From: Podospora anserina
Lineage: Eukaryota
Reading direction: 5' to 3'
Length of the DNA stretch: 64,000 nucleotides
Assembly (NCBI GenBank): GCA_017654855.1
Contig: CM030333.1
Coordinates: 1,178,001-1,242,000, forward strand
Shown: positions 1 to 11,219 of the stretch, piece by piece
Layout of the letters: every line of letters begins with the position of its first letter
How positions within the stretch are numbered: the stretch's first letter is position 1
Position numbers and translations under genes: made by a program
Notes under the pieces: model-generated
Seen by the model: the letters and a program-made list of their open reading frames with translations, nothing else
The model's database searches: none
Told to the model about the DNA's origin: nothing

Positions 1-972
1 TAAATCCTTTCAGCTCAAGATTTTGTCTCGTCGTACCTGGAATAACAAAAAGCCGTCACACTTCAACACTGTAAACTAATTGTAGAAGTTCTCTCATCAT
101 GGAAACGCCTGTAACTTAATAACATCAGGTAATCCCATATTACAACTCCTCACGTCACGAAACATCTATATATAAGTTCTGTATTATAATCGTTTGCATG
201 GGACAACAAAACACTACAAGTGAAAGAATATATAGAGCCCCAAAAGCAAAAGTCATGATTCAACAAAGAAAGGGCAGTGACGAATATTCAGCGCCAACTT
301 CTCGACAAGACCCAAGTTGTGACTCGACTTTGTAGTCGAAGAGCACTTATAGGAATTAAACAACCAAGCCGTAAAGTCAAACAGAGACTCAGAACTTATA
401 ACTCAACTCGGTAGCTAAAGAACATTCTCAAGAAATATAAACAGCCAACCAAGTCATAAAAGTCCAGCCTCAAAACTCACAGAAAGCTCACCCCCCATCT
501 TCTAACGAGGGGCTACGAAAACCTCGAAAGGTTTCAACGAAGAAGGATCGAACTCGGGGCCTATCGGTTGCAAAACCCCGGCGGTAGGCGGTGGACGGTA
601 AACAGCAGCTCTGACATCCTTACCATTTGACCTGACCACACAGGTGTGTGGCGCCCTGGTAAGCATTCCAGAGCTGCTGTTGGAAAGGGGCATGTTTTGA
701 CCTAATATATAAGCCATCGTTTGCTCCTTCCTTGAAGGTGTGCACAAAGTCGAGTCGTGAGGTCAAGTCGCACAGCAACAGAACCACACCAGACCCATCT
801 CGTCTCACAAAGCTGGAGTCAACCAGTTGATCAAATTACTTTAAATACACAGCAGCAAAGCTGAACAACCCATCATACCCAATATACACAACCAACATAC
901 CCCCCTCAATGCTATCCCAAATCAAAAGCCCACCAACGCCTTGCTCAAATCAACCCTCCCCCAATCTCAACA

Positions 973-2331
973 TTAATCCCCACTAACCCTAGCATGCCTA
1001 AAATACTTCATCCCCACCCACGCAACCACCACCCAAACCCAGGCCATCACACAACTAAGTATTATCAACGCAGGATAATACCCCACAATCGGCAACGTCG
1101 GATCATCCTCCAACTCAGGCGGCGCATACGGTGTAGTCCCCACATCCCACGCCCAGCTCCAAACCCCCAAGCAGCTCCCCATCCCAATCACAAACACCGT
1201 CCACGTCACAATCAACACCACCCACCCCCACCACTCCGTCTCGGAATAGTCCCAGTCTGAGTCTGGTTGTGGCAGGGGTGTCGTTGATAGCCCTGCCAGA
1301 GAGGTGAGTGCCAGCGGGGACTTCGCTCTCTGAACCGTGCCGCGACGGCGTTGGATTGATGGGAGGATTGATGAGCCTGAGGTGGATGATCCGAGGCCCA
1401 ACGGTCGGGGAGGGCTGTGGGGAGAATGGGGGGGGTTGAGAAAGTAAGATTCTGACCCCGAGGCGGAGGAGACAGAGGCTCTTTCCGGGCGGAGGAGGTT
1501 AACGGAGGAGGAGGTGGACGAGAGGTTCGATGTTGATGAACCCGGCCCGGTGGGGACGGCCATGTGGAGGGCGTCTTCATCGTCTGTGGTGCTGTAGCTT
1601 ATACTTGGGCTTCTTGAGCCGGTGATGCTATTTCTTGAGCTGGGCGTGTTGGCATTTATAGGGGCCAATGCGGCAGTGGGGGTTGCGTCTGGATCGGACG
1701 GTTGGGAACCACTTCGGCTGGCATATCCGTCCATGCTGGGTCGGGGTGTGAGGTCTGATATTCCCAGACCGTACGGTGTAGATGTATTAATAGAATTCTT
1801 CAAGATACCGCTATTATTCTGGAGGTGTAATGTGTTTGATATAACCGAGGTCGGCGCGGTGCCGGCTGTGACTTGGATTGGTGTCCCGTTCGGTTCGCCA
1901 TAGACGTTCAATTTTGTGTCGATTGTTAGTCCACGATCCCGCTTTTCTCTTTGAGCACCCCGCCCCAACAGGGCAACCTTTCGCAACGATCCTCTACGTC
2001 GTCGTGTTTTTAGCGGTTGCGGCTGCTGGGTTTGATGTTGGATAATGTGAGGCAACGGCGGGGGCGCAGCGTTGGGCGCACCCGCGTAGCGTGGATGAGT
2101 GTCGGCCGGTATGGAGGTGAAAGAGGGCGTGGGAGGAAATGTTGTGATCTCGGTCTCGTTGGTGTTGCGGCGGGATCGTGGGCGGTGTTCGCCCGAGTTT
2201 CGCATAAAAGGTAGTTTCGAAAGCAAGCCTCCAGCGCCAGAGCTGCTGCGCTTGCGACCGGGCGCTGGACGAGTTGGGACGGAAGATGGCGTATCGGCGC
2301 CGGCGCCTGTGACCGATGACGACTCGTCCAT
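973..2331 (-). CDS. PIG-Y/Eri1-domain membrane protein (putative GPI-GlcNAc transferase subunit Y) with a long disordered N-terminus
   Basis: Intronless ORF. First ATG is at 2331 (the ORF track starts at TTG 2337). The C-terminus has two hydrophobic segments (WWGWVVLIVTWTVFVIGMG; YYPALIILSCVMAWVWVVVAW) ending in WVGMKYFRH, which resembles the PIG-Y terminal WxGxKxFRH motif. Confidence 0.7.
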   Translation of the reverse strand: MDESSSVTGAGADTPSSVPTRPAPGRKRSSSGAGGLLSKLPFMRNSGEHRPRSRRNTNETEITTFPPTPSFTSIPADTHPRYAGAPNAAPPPLPHIIQHQTQQPQPLKTRRRRGSLRKVALLGRGAQREKRDRGLTIDTKLNVYGEPNGTPIQVTAGTAPTSVISNTLHLQNNSGILKNSINTSTPYGLGISDLTPRPSMDGYASRSGSQPSDPDATPTAALAPINANTPSSRNSITGSRSPSISYSTTDDEDALHMAVPTGPGSSTSNLSSTSSSVNLLRPERASVSSASGSESYFLNPPHSPHSPPRPLGLGSSTSGSSILPSIQRRRGTVQRAKSPLALTSLAGLSTTPLPQPDSDWDYSETEWWGWVVLIVTWTVFVIGMGSCLGVWSWAWDVGTTPYAPPELEDDPTLPIVGYYPALIILSCVMAWVWVVVAWVGMKYFRHARVSGD

Positions 2332-3066
2332 GGCCAATGGGAGATATCGGGGACCTGAATATGGCGTAGGAGAACAGACAGTTTCCGAACAAGGTTCTGG
2401 CTAGGAGGAAGATGTCTGTGTCGCGGCGGCCACAGGGCGTCAATGGCGTGTTACCCCTCGAAATAATAGGGCACGTCCAAACAGGGTCTCAGATCCATCT
2501 GTCAGGGCAAGCCGGTGGGGTGGACTGGCGTTGAAACTGCTGTTTTGGGACCAGGAACAAGACATGGACATTCACATCTCGAGATGGAATTTGATGGATT
2601 GAGGCTCAACAACGCGAGAAATGTAACATTTCCAACCCCCTGCAAACGTTAGGTGACAGGCCACCCGGCGCCATCCCGGCAGGCAACGTACCCCTGAATT
2701 TGATGGTTTACGACCCACCCGCCTCCCCCAGGTCCCTCCATTGGCCAACACTGAAATCAATGATGGAGGCTATGAGACAACGGAATGAGACAATATGGGA
2801 AGATAGGTATTGCAGATTCTACATGTTCTCTTGCATAGCGCTATCTCCAAATCCAGTCAAAGATATCAAAGACGCAAAGACGTCCACAGCCCAGCGCATC
2901 TGGCCTTCCCCAGTAGGAACCTCCCGCAAAACGGTGTAACCCCACGCTAGGCAAAAAGGGGAAGGCGTCCAGGAACACCCTGGAGATCGGACACGCCCAG
3001 CTCCGCCCGCCTCGAACACTCCTCGACGACGAACGAACCACCTGCTGCCCACAGCGTGCGCTGTCG

Positions 3067-4759
3067 ATGGCTCCAGGTCCAAAGCCGTCTCTTCAACCTC
3101 CAGGGACACCGCCGACGCCGGTTTTTGCGATTACCGGTCAACACGGCGAGCCCTCTTTTCACTTTGTTTGCGACGATTTTGATCTGGATCAGCAACAACA
3201 ACAGCCAGGTCGAAATCATCCAAACAACGAACCCGAGGCAACCGTCCGATCAGAGCCGGAAGCCGCGCCCTTTTCGTCCCCGGTACAGCATTACCTCGCG
3301 CCCTCCCCACGAAGCAGTCCTGCCGCCTTCCTCGATCCCTACTCTCACCACCCGTCGCTACGGCCGCCGACGCCCGATCATCTCTTCAACAGCATGTCGT
3401 CCGATGGGGGCCTTGCCGCCAACGGCGGCGATGCGCCTGCCATGAAGAACCCCTTCAACTTCCAAACCCAGATTATCTCGTCTGGACCGATCAAATCTGT
3501 ATGTCTTCGGCCTCTTCCTATCCAATCACTCAGCTAACAACTCGCAGAACATCGGCCAACGCCGCGGTCACAGATACAAACACTCCTCCATCTCGGCCAC
3601 TCACCAAATCTTCCAAGAACCACCCCCTCGACCGCCCCCCGTCCTCCCCGCCTCTCTCCCCATCCCAACCCTCCGAGAAGCCTGGTCGAGCATGCAGCGC
3701 GATCAAAAAGCCAGGTTATGGTGGTGCTCCCTCCACGCCCTCATCGCCCTCTACGTCTTCCTCTCGGCCGAAGGCTCCCTGGCCATGACAGCCCTCTCCC
3801 ACCTAGTCTTCTTCGACGTCGGCTCCGCCGCAGTCTGCGTAGCAGTCGACGTCCTAGGCAACTTTGAAGTATGGCGCCGCTCCTCGATCCGGCACCCCTT
3901 CGGCCTCCAACGAGCCGAAGTCCTCGCCGGCTTCGCAATGTCTGTCTTTCTCGTCTTTGGCGGATTCGACCTGATCTCGCACTCCATGAAAGACGTCCTC
4001 GAATCCGTCGGCCACCACGCCCCTCACCACCCCGTCTCAACAACCGATGACTCCTCCCAACCCGCCGGCGGTGGCCACGGAGGTGGTGGTCACAGTCACG
4101 GAGCACGATACATCACCCCCGGCACCCTCGACCTCGCCTCCTTCGCAGCCTTTGTTTCAACCCTCATCTCTGCCTACGGCCTGCGAAACCACGGCCGGAT
4201 CCGCCGTGTCATGCGCGTGCCGCTGCCGTACCTCTCCTCCCTCTTACCCGAATCCACCATCCTTTCCAACCCCTTCCACTTTCTCACCCTCTTCTTTTCA
4301 GGCATCATGCTTGTCCTGCCGCTAGTCTACATCCCCCACATCATCTGGCTCGACCGTCTAATCTGCGCGACGATTTCCCTGTCTATGTTTTTTCTCGGGG
4401 CTCGTCTAGCAGTAGGACAAGGGTTTATGCTCCTCATGTCGTACAACCACGTCGACAGCAAGAAACAAAAGGGGGACAGCAGCGAAGTCGCCAGCGTGAT
4501 CAAGGAGATTGAGAGCGAGCCGCAGGTTCAGAGGGTGGAGGAGGCGCAGTTTTGGCAGGTGCACTATGGGCTTGCGATGGCGAATCTGAAGGTCAAGGTT
4601 AAGGGGGGGGAGATGATGGGGGGAGGGCAGGGGCAGGATGGGGCGGTCAGCCAGTTACGGCAGAGATTGGGGAGGGTGGTGCAGAATCGGTTGGGGGAGG
4701 GGTATGGGAGGGGGGGGAGTTTGAGGTGGGAGGTTACTGTGCAGATGAGTAGTGACTGA
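3067..4759 (+). CDS. ZRG17: Zrg17-like cation diffusion facilitator (ER zinc transporter subunit); exons 3067-3498, 3548-4759
   Basis: Intron 3499-3547 (GTATGT...GCTAAC...CAG) joins two ORFs in frame. The join gives RRGHRYKHSSIS (Zrg17-type motif). Also present: HPFGLQRAEVLAGFA (CDF signature-like), a His-rich loop, several TM segments and C-terminal FWQVHYG. Confidence 0.85.
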
Positions 4760-5045
4760 TTGGGTAGGGGTCTTGGGCAGCGAAATGGGAAGGAAGAGAG
4801 GGATTGTACATAGCTCTGTCATTGTGGGGTGGGAACTTACATGGCGTTATTGGATTTTTATATATATATATATTTTTTGGAGGATGGGTTTATATTGGAT
4901 GAGATACCTTATATAGGGCGAGCTTACAAGTTGAGCGTTTTGAAGGACTGCTGTTATCATGTCGTGAGTGATGCGGGTGAGGTTACATATCACTTGCCTA
5001 CTCCTCAGTTCTGTAGGCACCTTGATGGATAGTACCCCTGACACT

Positions 5046-5048
<3 letters not shown>

Positions 5049-5109
<61 letters not shown>
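5049..5109. repeat. (AC)n microsatellite, about 30 units
   Basis: Perfect dinucleotide run between the convergent ZRG17 and DUG3 3' ends. Confidence 0.97.
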
Positions 5110-5116
<7 letters not shown>

Positions 5117-5340
5117 ATCACAACCCCAGTACTGATCAAAGTGTTCCAAATCTGAAAGCTTGAATTCAAGAATAATTACAGACATATACACAAAAACAAG
5201 AGGTATCCGATCCCGCTTATTCCACTTCCCAACCAACGCTGAAACAAGCCAAACCATAACTTTTGACTCCGCAGTACGCCAATTGTGCCCGTAACCGACC
5301 TTTGCCCAAAACAGTATCCCCCAAAAAGTCACCAGCAACC

Positions 5341-7014
5341 CTACCGCAGCGCTAACTCGGGAAACATCCTCGCAATCTTATCCGGATTCCCATACTCTGT
5401 CCTCGCCGGCGTCGGCTCCGGCGTCACAGGACTGGTATCGCTCAAATACGGCCCCAGCATCCCCGCGTGCCCTCCCGCATCCACCGCGCTCAAGCTCGCC
5501 CTCTTCTTCTTGATGTTCCCCTGACTTGGCTGGGTTGGTCTCACAGTCGGCACCTCCGGTGCTGGAGGAGCCCCGCCGACAAGCGTCGAGCTTGACTCTG
5601 AATGCGAGAGTGGTGTCCGTGTTCTTGGGACGGTTGAACTGCTCTCTTGACGGGCATAAGGAAAGGTAGGGATCGTGGGGCCGAGGAGGCGTTTTTGTGG
5701 GTGGTTTTGTTTGTTCTCTTGAGGTTGGGGCGCGCAAGCTGGACCGCAAGTGGTGGATGGGCCGGCGATGGTGGGAATTGGGCCCGAGATGCCGGCGCGG
5801 AGGGTGGTTTTCTCGTTGGCCGAGAGGCCGCGGGCTCGGACAAAGGCTGCCGAGCGGCGGTGTTGGGGGTTGCGGTCGTAGTATTGGTCTTTGATGGGAT
5901 GAACCATTACTGTCTGATTGTGGATGGTGAGGATTGAGTTTGTTGGGACGTTGACCCAGTTTTCTATCGCACGGATGGTTAGTTTGGGACAATTATGGGG
6001 ATCGGGGGTGAACATACCTCGCTCAAAGGAAAGGGGCTCACTGGCTACTAGAACTACATCTGCCCCCTTATCGCTGCGCTCCATTTGATAGTCCCTCTTG
6101 TGGGGGGTGGGGGCGCGGGTTTCCCAGAGTGTGCCCGACGAGTAGTATAAACTGGCGGCTTCGTCCGAGGCACTACCTACGTAGCGGGTGCAGATGACGC
6201 TATGGCCGTCTGATACGGCAAAGTTGAGTAAACTTCTGGTGTCGACATTCTCAGAGTGGATAACGCTCTCGGGAATGTTGTCGATGAGTTCGTTGATGAT
6301 GGCAATTGTCTTGAGCATCGCCCTTCTAAGAACCGTTGGCCCAAATCCATCGGCTGGCTGGGAGCTGGGGTTGTGTCCCATGCGCTCGAGTGTGTCCAAG
6401 AACAAGGCAAACGCCCATTCACTGTCGGTCCCTCCCACTACTCCAAGATACCACTTGTCGGCCAACCGCTCGCCGAGCCTCCTCTTGATCTGCTTCCAGC
6501 CGCCGATGCCACCATTGTGCATCCAGATCAAGCTGCCGTGGGAGAATGGGTGGCAATTGTCTTCGCTCAGTGACCCTTCGGTGGTGGCGCGGACATGGGC
6601 GAAGATAAGGTGAGAGGCTGTCTTGGAAGCCAATCGTTGGAGGTTGACGCAGTTCCAGGCTGGTGTGGTCGAGGTGAAGAGGCAGGGCGCAGCGCCTAGC
6701 TTGGGGTCGGTGTAGAAGCCAATGCCGAACCCGTCGGCGTTGTTTTGACCACGTCGAGTGTCCTGTTGGAGGTGTGTAAGTTGAAGTCTTTTGTCGGCGC
6801 TATGCTTGCTCGCGTGGTACTCACCAGCCGGAGGCGAGAGTCAAATGACTGCTTGAGGATGGAGTGTGCTGGGTCGAGGACTAGCTTTGAAAGCAAGATC
6901 TCGTCGCTCCCTTTGTAGACCTGAGCATTAGACACCATACGTCAGTAAATCATTTCCCCAACGAGAACCGCCAAAGTATATGGCGCATAGCGGACATACC
7001 AGGAACCGGCACAT
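5341..7014 (-). CDS. DUG3: Class II (Ntn) glutamine amidotransferase Dug3, glutathione degradation; exons 7014-7000, 6920-6825, 6762-6018, 5963-5341
   Basis: The spliced N-terminus is MCRFLVYKG (catalytic Cys2), followed by NADGFGIGFY, FTSTTPAWNC, FAHVRA, NCHPF, MHNG, GGTDSE and VASEPL. Donors are GTATGT/GTGAGT and acceptors are YAG. Confidence 0.92.
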
Positions 7015-8333
7015 GGTGATGGCGCCCAGGACGGAGCGGGCCGGTGAGTGTTCGGATTGGGCGACCTAATGGATAGATTCGGGACGGGACTTGCTGGGCT
7101 GAGACGGGGGACTCAATCGATAGATCGGAGTCAGTTGCAGAGTGGCGTGTAGAGAAGGGGAGATAGTTGTGAATTCGCTGCAGGAAAGCGAATTGGGGTG
7201 GTTCGACAGCCTATTATGGAAGAGACGAGACGGGTTGGGACAGTCACTCGAGGCAAGTCCCTGGCTCGCAGGGCTGACGAAATCGGCCAAATCAATGGCG
7301 GAACGAACCCATTCATCTTAGCGCAGTACCTAAAGTCTGGGGTGCATGCTGAGACCAACGCTGTAACGGCCCTACCAGGGCAGCTTTTGTTTGATCCAAA
7401 CAGGTGGCATGAGCCTAAAATCGACCTGGAAACTTGTAATCCTGTCTTTTGTGTTCTCACACCCGATAGTTAGGAAGCATCGTGGTGTCTTGGTTGAGTA
7501 AAGCTCAGCTCACTCTGTACCTCACTATCACAGGACCCTGGGTTCTGGAACCACAACTGGGCCCATGCTGGTTCATCTTATCGGTTCGTTATCGCCGCTC
7601 AACATATTTCGGCATTCCTCAAGCAACACAGCAACCTCTGATCATAAAGTCTAGGAGAGATTTTTTTGGCTTCTCTATAACCATACAAACACGCCTGCTT
7701 CCCGCAGATATGACTGCTGTCAGCGGTAACTTGCTTCCATCTGCCACTTGCCGCAACGTACGCAATACAGAGAGACCCATCAGTCTCAGACCAGGATTAT
7801 GTCAGAGAGCCATTTTGTCTCTCAGCGTTTTTCGGAGGCGCTCAATGACGTGCTCCGGGCTCCAATCCGATGAAGCCGGAAGATGAGACTAATTGCTCGT
7901 ACGGAGTAATGTTAAATCGCCATCACTCTTGCTTCTTTGTGGAAACTCCGAAACTCTCGCCAAAATGGGCATCTTATAAACCCCAAAAGTCAGAATGATG
8001 CCTGACCTGATACGTGCAATTCAGGGTCTGATGATCATGCGATTAAGCCATCTTGACTGAGGGGCATGTGGCGTCCAATGCAATAATCGTGGCCTCCCAG
8101 TGTCCCAGTTTCTGCTGCGTGGGGTGGGTCTTGGCAACCCCAAATGCATTGCTACACAGGGCCGCCCAAAGCACCGCGGTCCAAATCACTGATTGCCCAT
8201 TTTCCATGCACCTCAACCCCTCCGAACTAAGATAATCGCCCGACCGACGACCATAACCCCCCATTGTCTGCGGACTGGACACCTGCCCGAGACAGCTTCG
8301 TATGCGTGCTAGCTACCAGACCCCCCGTTTACC

Positions 8334-11219
8334 ATGAGCGCACAGCTCCGCGCCGCCGGGGCGATTGCCCCCGTCGCCCGTCGCGTCGGTCTGCGAGCCG
8401 TCCGCCAGTTCCATCAGTTTCCCACCGGCGGCATCCAGAGAGCCGACCTCGCCGCCCGTGACCTCCGGAGGTCTGTGCAGTTCCCGGCCAAGCTGTACCA
8501 CAATGCTGTCATGGTGCGGAACGCCTCGTTTGTCCGCCTGCTGCCCAAGTTGGCCATCAAGTTCGTCAGGATCCCCGCACTGTTCGGTGGGCTGATGTTG
8601 GGTGCGGCGGGATGGGTACAATATCAAGCTATCCGTAAGGACTTTGGAATATACAGACTAAAACGATGTAAAGCTGACAGGATATAGAACTGGGTAACTC
8701 TGCCACCGAAATGTACACAAATATCAAGACTGGTGTGACGGACACCGTTTTCGCCATATGGGGAACCGCTACCGATATCGCCAACCAGACCAAAATTGGA
8801 TTCAACGAAAAGAAGGGACAATTTACGATGCCAGAATGGCTGGACAATATTATGAAGGGAGAGGGTGCCGCCGGGGAAGGCTCGGAAGGACCAAATGGTG
8901 GGCGGGAACCCCCAAAGCAATCTAGAGTGGCCGGCGGTGCTGCTGCTGCAGGAGCTTCCGCGGCAGCTTATGGTTACGGTGCTGCCGACGAGGAGGACGA
9001 TCGCTCACCAGAGGAGGTTGTAAAGGACGACCACATGATGTACATCACCAAGCGGATGATCGAGATTCGAAACCTCCTCTCGCGAGTTGGGCAATCCAGC
9101 AGCGTCACCCTGCCATCCATCGTTGTTATTGGTTCGCAATCATCTGGCAAGAGCTCAGTGCTGGAGGCTATTGTTGGGCACGAGTTTTTGCCCAAGGGTA
9201 GCAACATGATCACCCGGCGCCCGATCGAGCTCACCCTTGTGAACGACCCCCAAGCGAAAGTCGACTATGGCGAGTTCCCAGATCTGGGGCTTGCGAGGGT
9301 TACGGACTTTTCCTTGATTCAGAAGACCCTGACCGAGCTCAACCAGTCTGTGCCCGAGTCTCAGTGTGTGTCTGACGACCCTATTCGGCTCACCATTCAC
9401 TCCCCACGAGTTCCGGATCTCTCTCTGATCGATCTTCCTGGCTACATTCAGGTTGCGGGCGAGAACCAGCCGCGTGAGCTTAAGCGCAAGATCTCTGAGC
9501 TTTGCGACAAGTACATCCGAGGTCCCAACATTATCCTGGCTATTTCTGCTGCTGACACCGATTTGGCCAACTCTACTGCCCTGCAGGCCAGCCGTAGGGT
9601 CGACCCAAGGGGCGAACGGACGATCGGCGTCATCACCAAGATGGATCTCGTAGACCCAGAGAAGGGTGCCGCCATTCTTGGCGACAAGCAGTACCCTCTC
9701 CGTTTGGGCTATGTCGGTGTCATCTCCAAGATGCCCGTCCAGACTGGTGGTCTCTTCAGAAGAGAGAGCAGCAACCTCCTGGCAAGCATCAACAAAAACG
9801 AAAAGGCTTTCTTCAACTCTCACCCGGAGGAGTTTGGTCCTAACTCAGGGGCCGCTACGGGCACCATCACGCTGCGCAAGAAGCTGATGCATGTTTTGGA
9901 GCAGCAAATGTCCTCTAAACTCACAGAAACAACCGATGCCATTACTCGTGAGCTCGAGGAGACAACTTACCAGTTCAAGGTCCAGTACAATGAGCAGCCC
10001 ATGAGTGCCGAGTCCTACCTCGCCGCCAGTCTGGATGACTTCAAGCACCAGTTCCACAACTTTGCCAACACCTTTGGCCGCCAACAGCTGCTGGAACTGC
10101 TGAAGGATTCTCTGGACCAAAAGGTGCTCGACCAACTCGCTGCTCGGTATTGGAACAAGCCCATCGAGGATCTTTTCATTGCCCCCGCTGAGCCTGACAG
10201 TCTGGTTGACCTCCCCAAGGCCGACCCCAAGTCGCCTTACTGGCACCGCCAGCTTGACACAGCCTGCTCCGGTCTTACGCGCCTCGGTGTCGGCCGTCTC
10301 GCTGCTACCGTTGCCTCCAATGCCATTCAGGCGAACATTGACAAGCTGCTCGACAAGTCGTCGTTTGCGAAGCACCCATCCGCCCGCCAGGTGATCAGCG
10401 AGGCCGCTGCTCTTGTCCTCGCTGACAGGGCGTACGCTACTAGCGATGGCATTGAGATCTCGCTGAAGCCGTACAAGTTTGACCCGGATATTCAGCCCAA
10501 CGAGTGGGAGAAGGGGCGGGAGCATGTGGTGGGTGTTCTTCAGGGCGAGCTGGAGCAGTGCCAGAATGCGCTCAAGTCATTGGAGAGCTCGGTTGGTGGG
10601 AGGAAAAAGTTGAGGGAGGTGATGGGCTTTGTTGACAAGGCGAGGAAGGGTGAAATTATCATTGAGGGAGATCACCCCAGCGGTGCGGGCGGTTTCAGCG
10701 CGGCGCTGCTTGCGAGAGGTAAGGTCTTTGTTCCTTTTTTACGAATCCCACCAGTGACTAACACCACCTTTAGGCCGTGAAGCCGTCTTCCTCCGCGACC
10801 GCGCGGACATCATCAACATGCGGATTGTTGCTTCCAAGTCGAGAAAGTGCAAGTCCCTCGAGAACAAGTACTACTGCCCCGAAATTTTTCTGGATGCGGT
10901 AGCCACCAAGCTGGCTCAGACGGCGGTGCTGTTCCTCAATGTGGAGATGCTGAATGACTTTTATCATCGGTTCCCGAGGGAGGTGGAGACGAAGCTGAAT
11001 GAGTATATGAACTCTCATGGGGGCAACGGGCTGGAGAAGTTTGCGAGGGAGGACCCCAAGATTAGGAGGCACTTGGACTTGGTGCAGAGGAAGGAGTTGC
11101 TGGAGTTGGTGTTGATGAAGATTCAGGACTTGCACCGGTTTGATGCGGCGGGGAATGTGAAGGCGGATAGGGATTATTTGAAGAAGGGGGGGCAGCAGAG
11201 GGGGAGGTGGTCGTTTTAG
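8334..11219 (+). CDS. MGM1: Mitochondrial dynamin-like GTPase Mgm1/Msp1 (inner-membrane fusion); exons 8334-8634, 8688-10718, 10774-11219
   Basis: Arg-rich presequence, TM segment IPALFGGLMLGAAGW, and a second small-residue hydrophobic stretch followed by an acidic patch. GTPase motifs GSQSSGKSS, TRRP, DLPG and TKMD; C-terminal CPEIFL. Two GTAAGG..TAG introns restore the frame. Confidence 0.95.

Noticed and set aside
502-808. Short minus-strand ORFs of 81 and 62 aa
   Set aside because: Non-ATG starts and no recognisable domain; they overlap the predicted RNA helices.
1-1000. Telomerase RNA as the identity of the structured region (an ATAAGT donor-like site occurs on the minus strand near 345-350)
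   Set aside because: No AACCCT template on the minus strand here. The only TAACCCTA (984-991) is on the plus strand inside the PIG-Y coding sequence.
8041-8051. GATTAAGCCAT matches the 5' region of 18S rRNA (possible snoRNA guide on the minus strand)
   Set aside because: No box C in a suitable position; an 11-nt match is plausibly chance.
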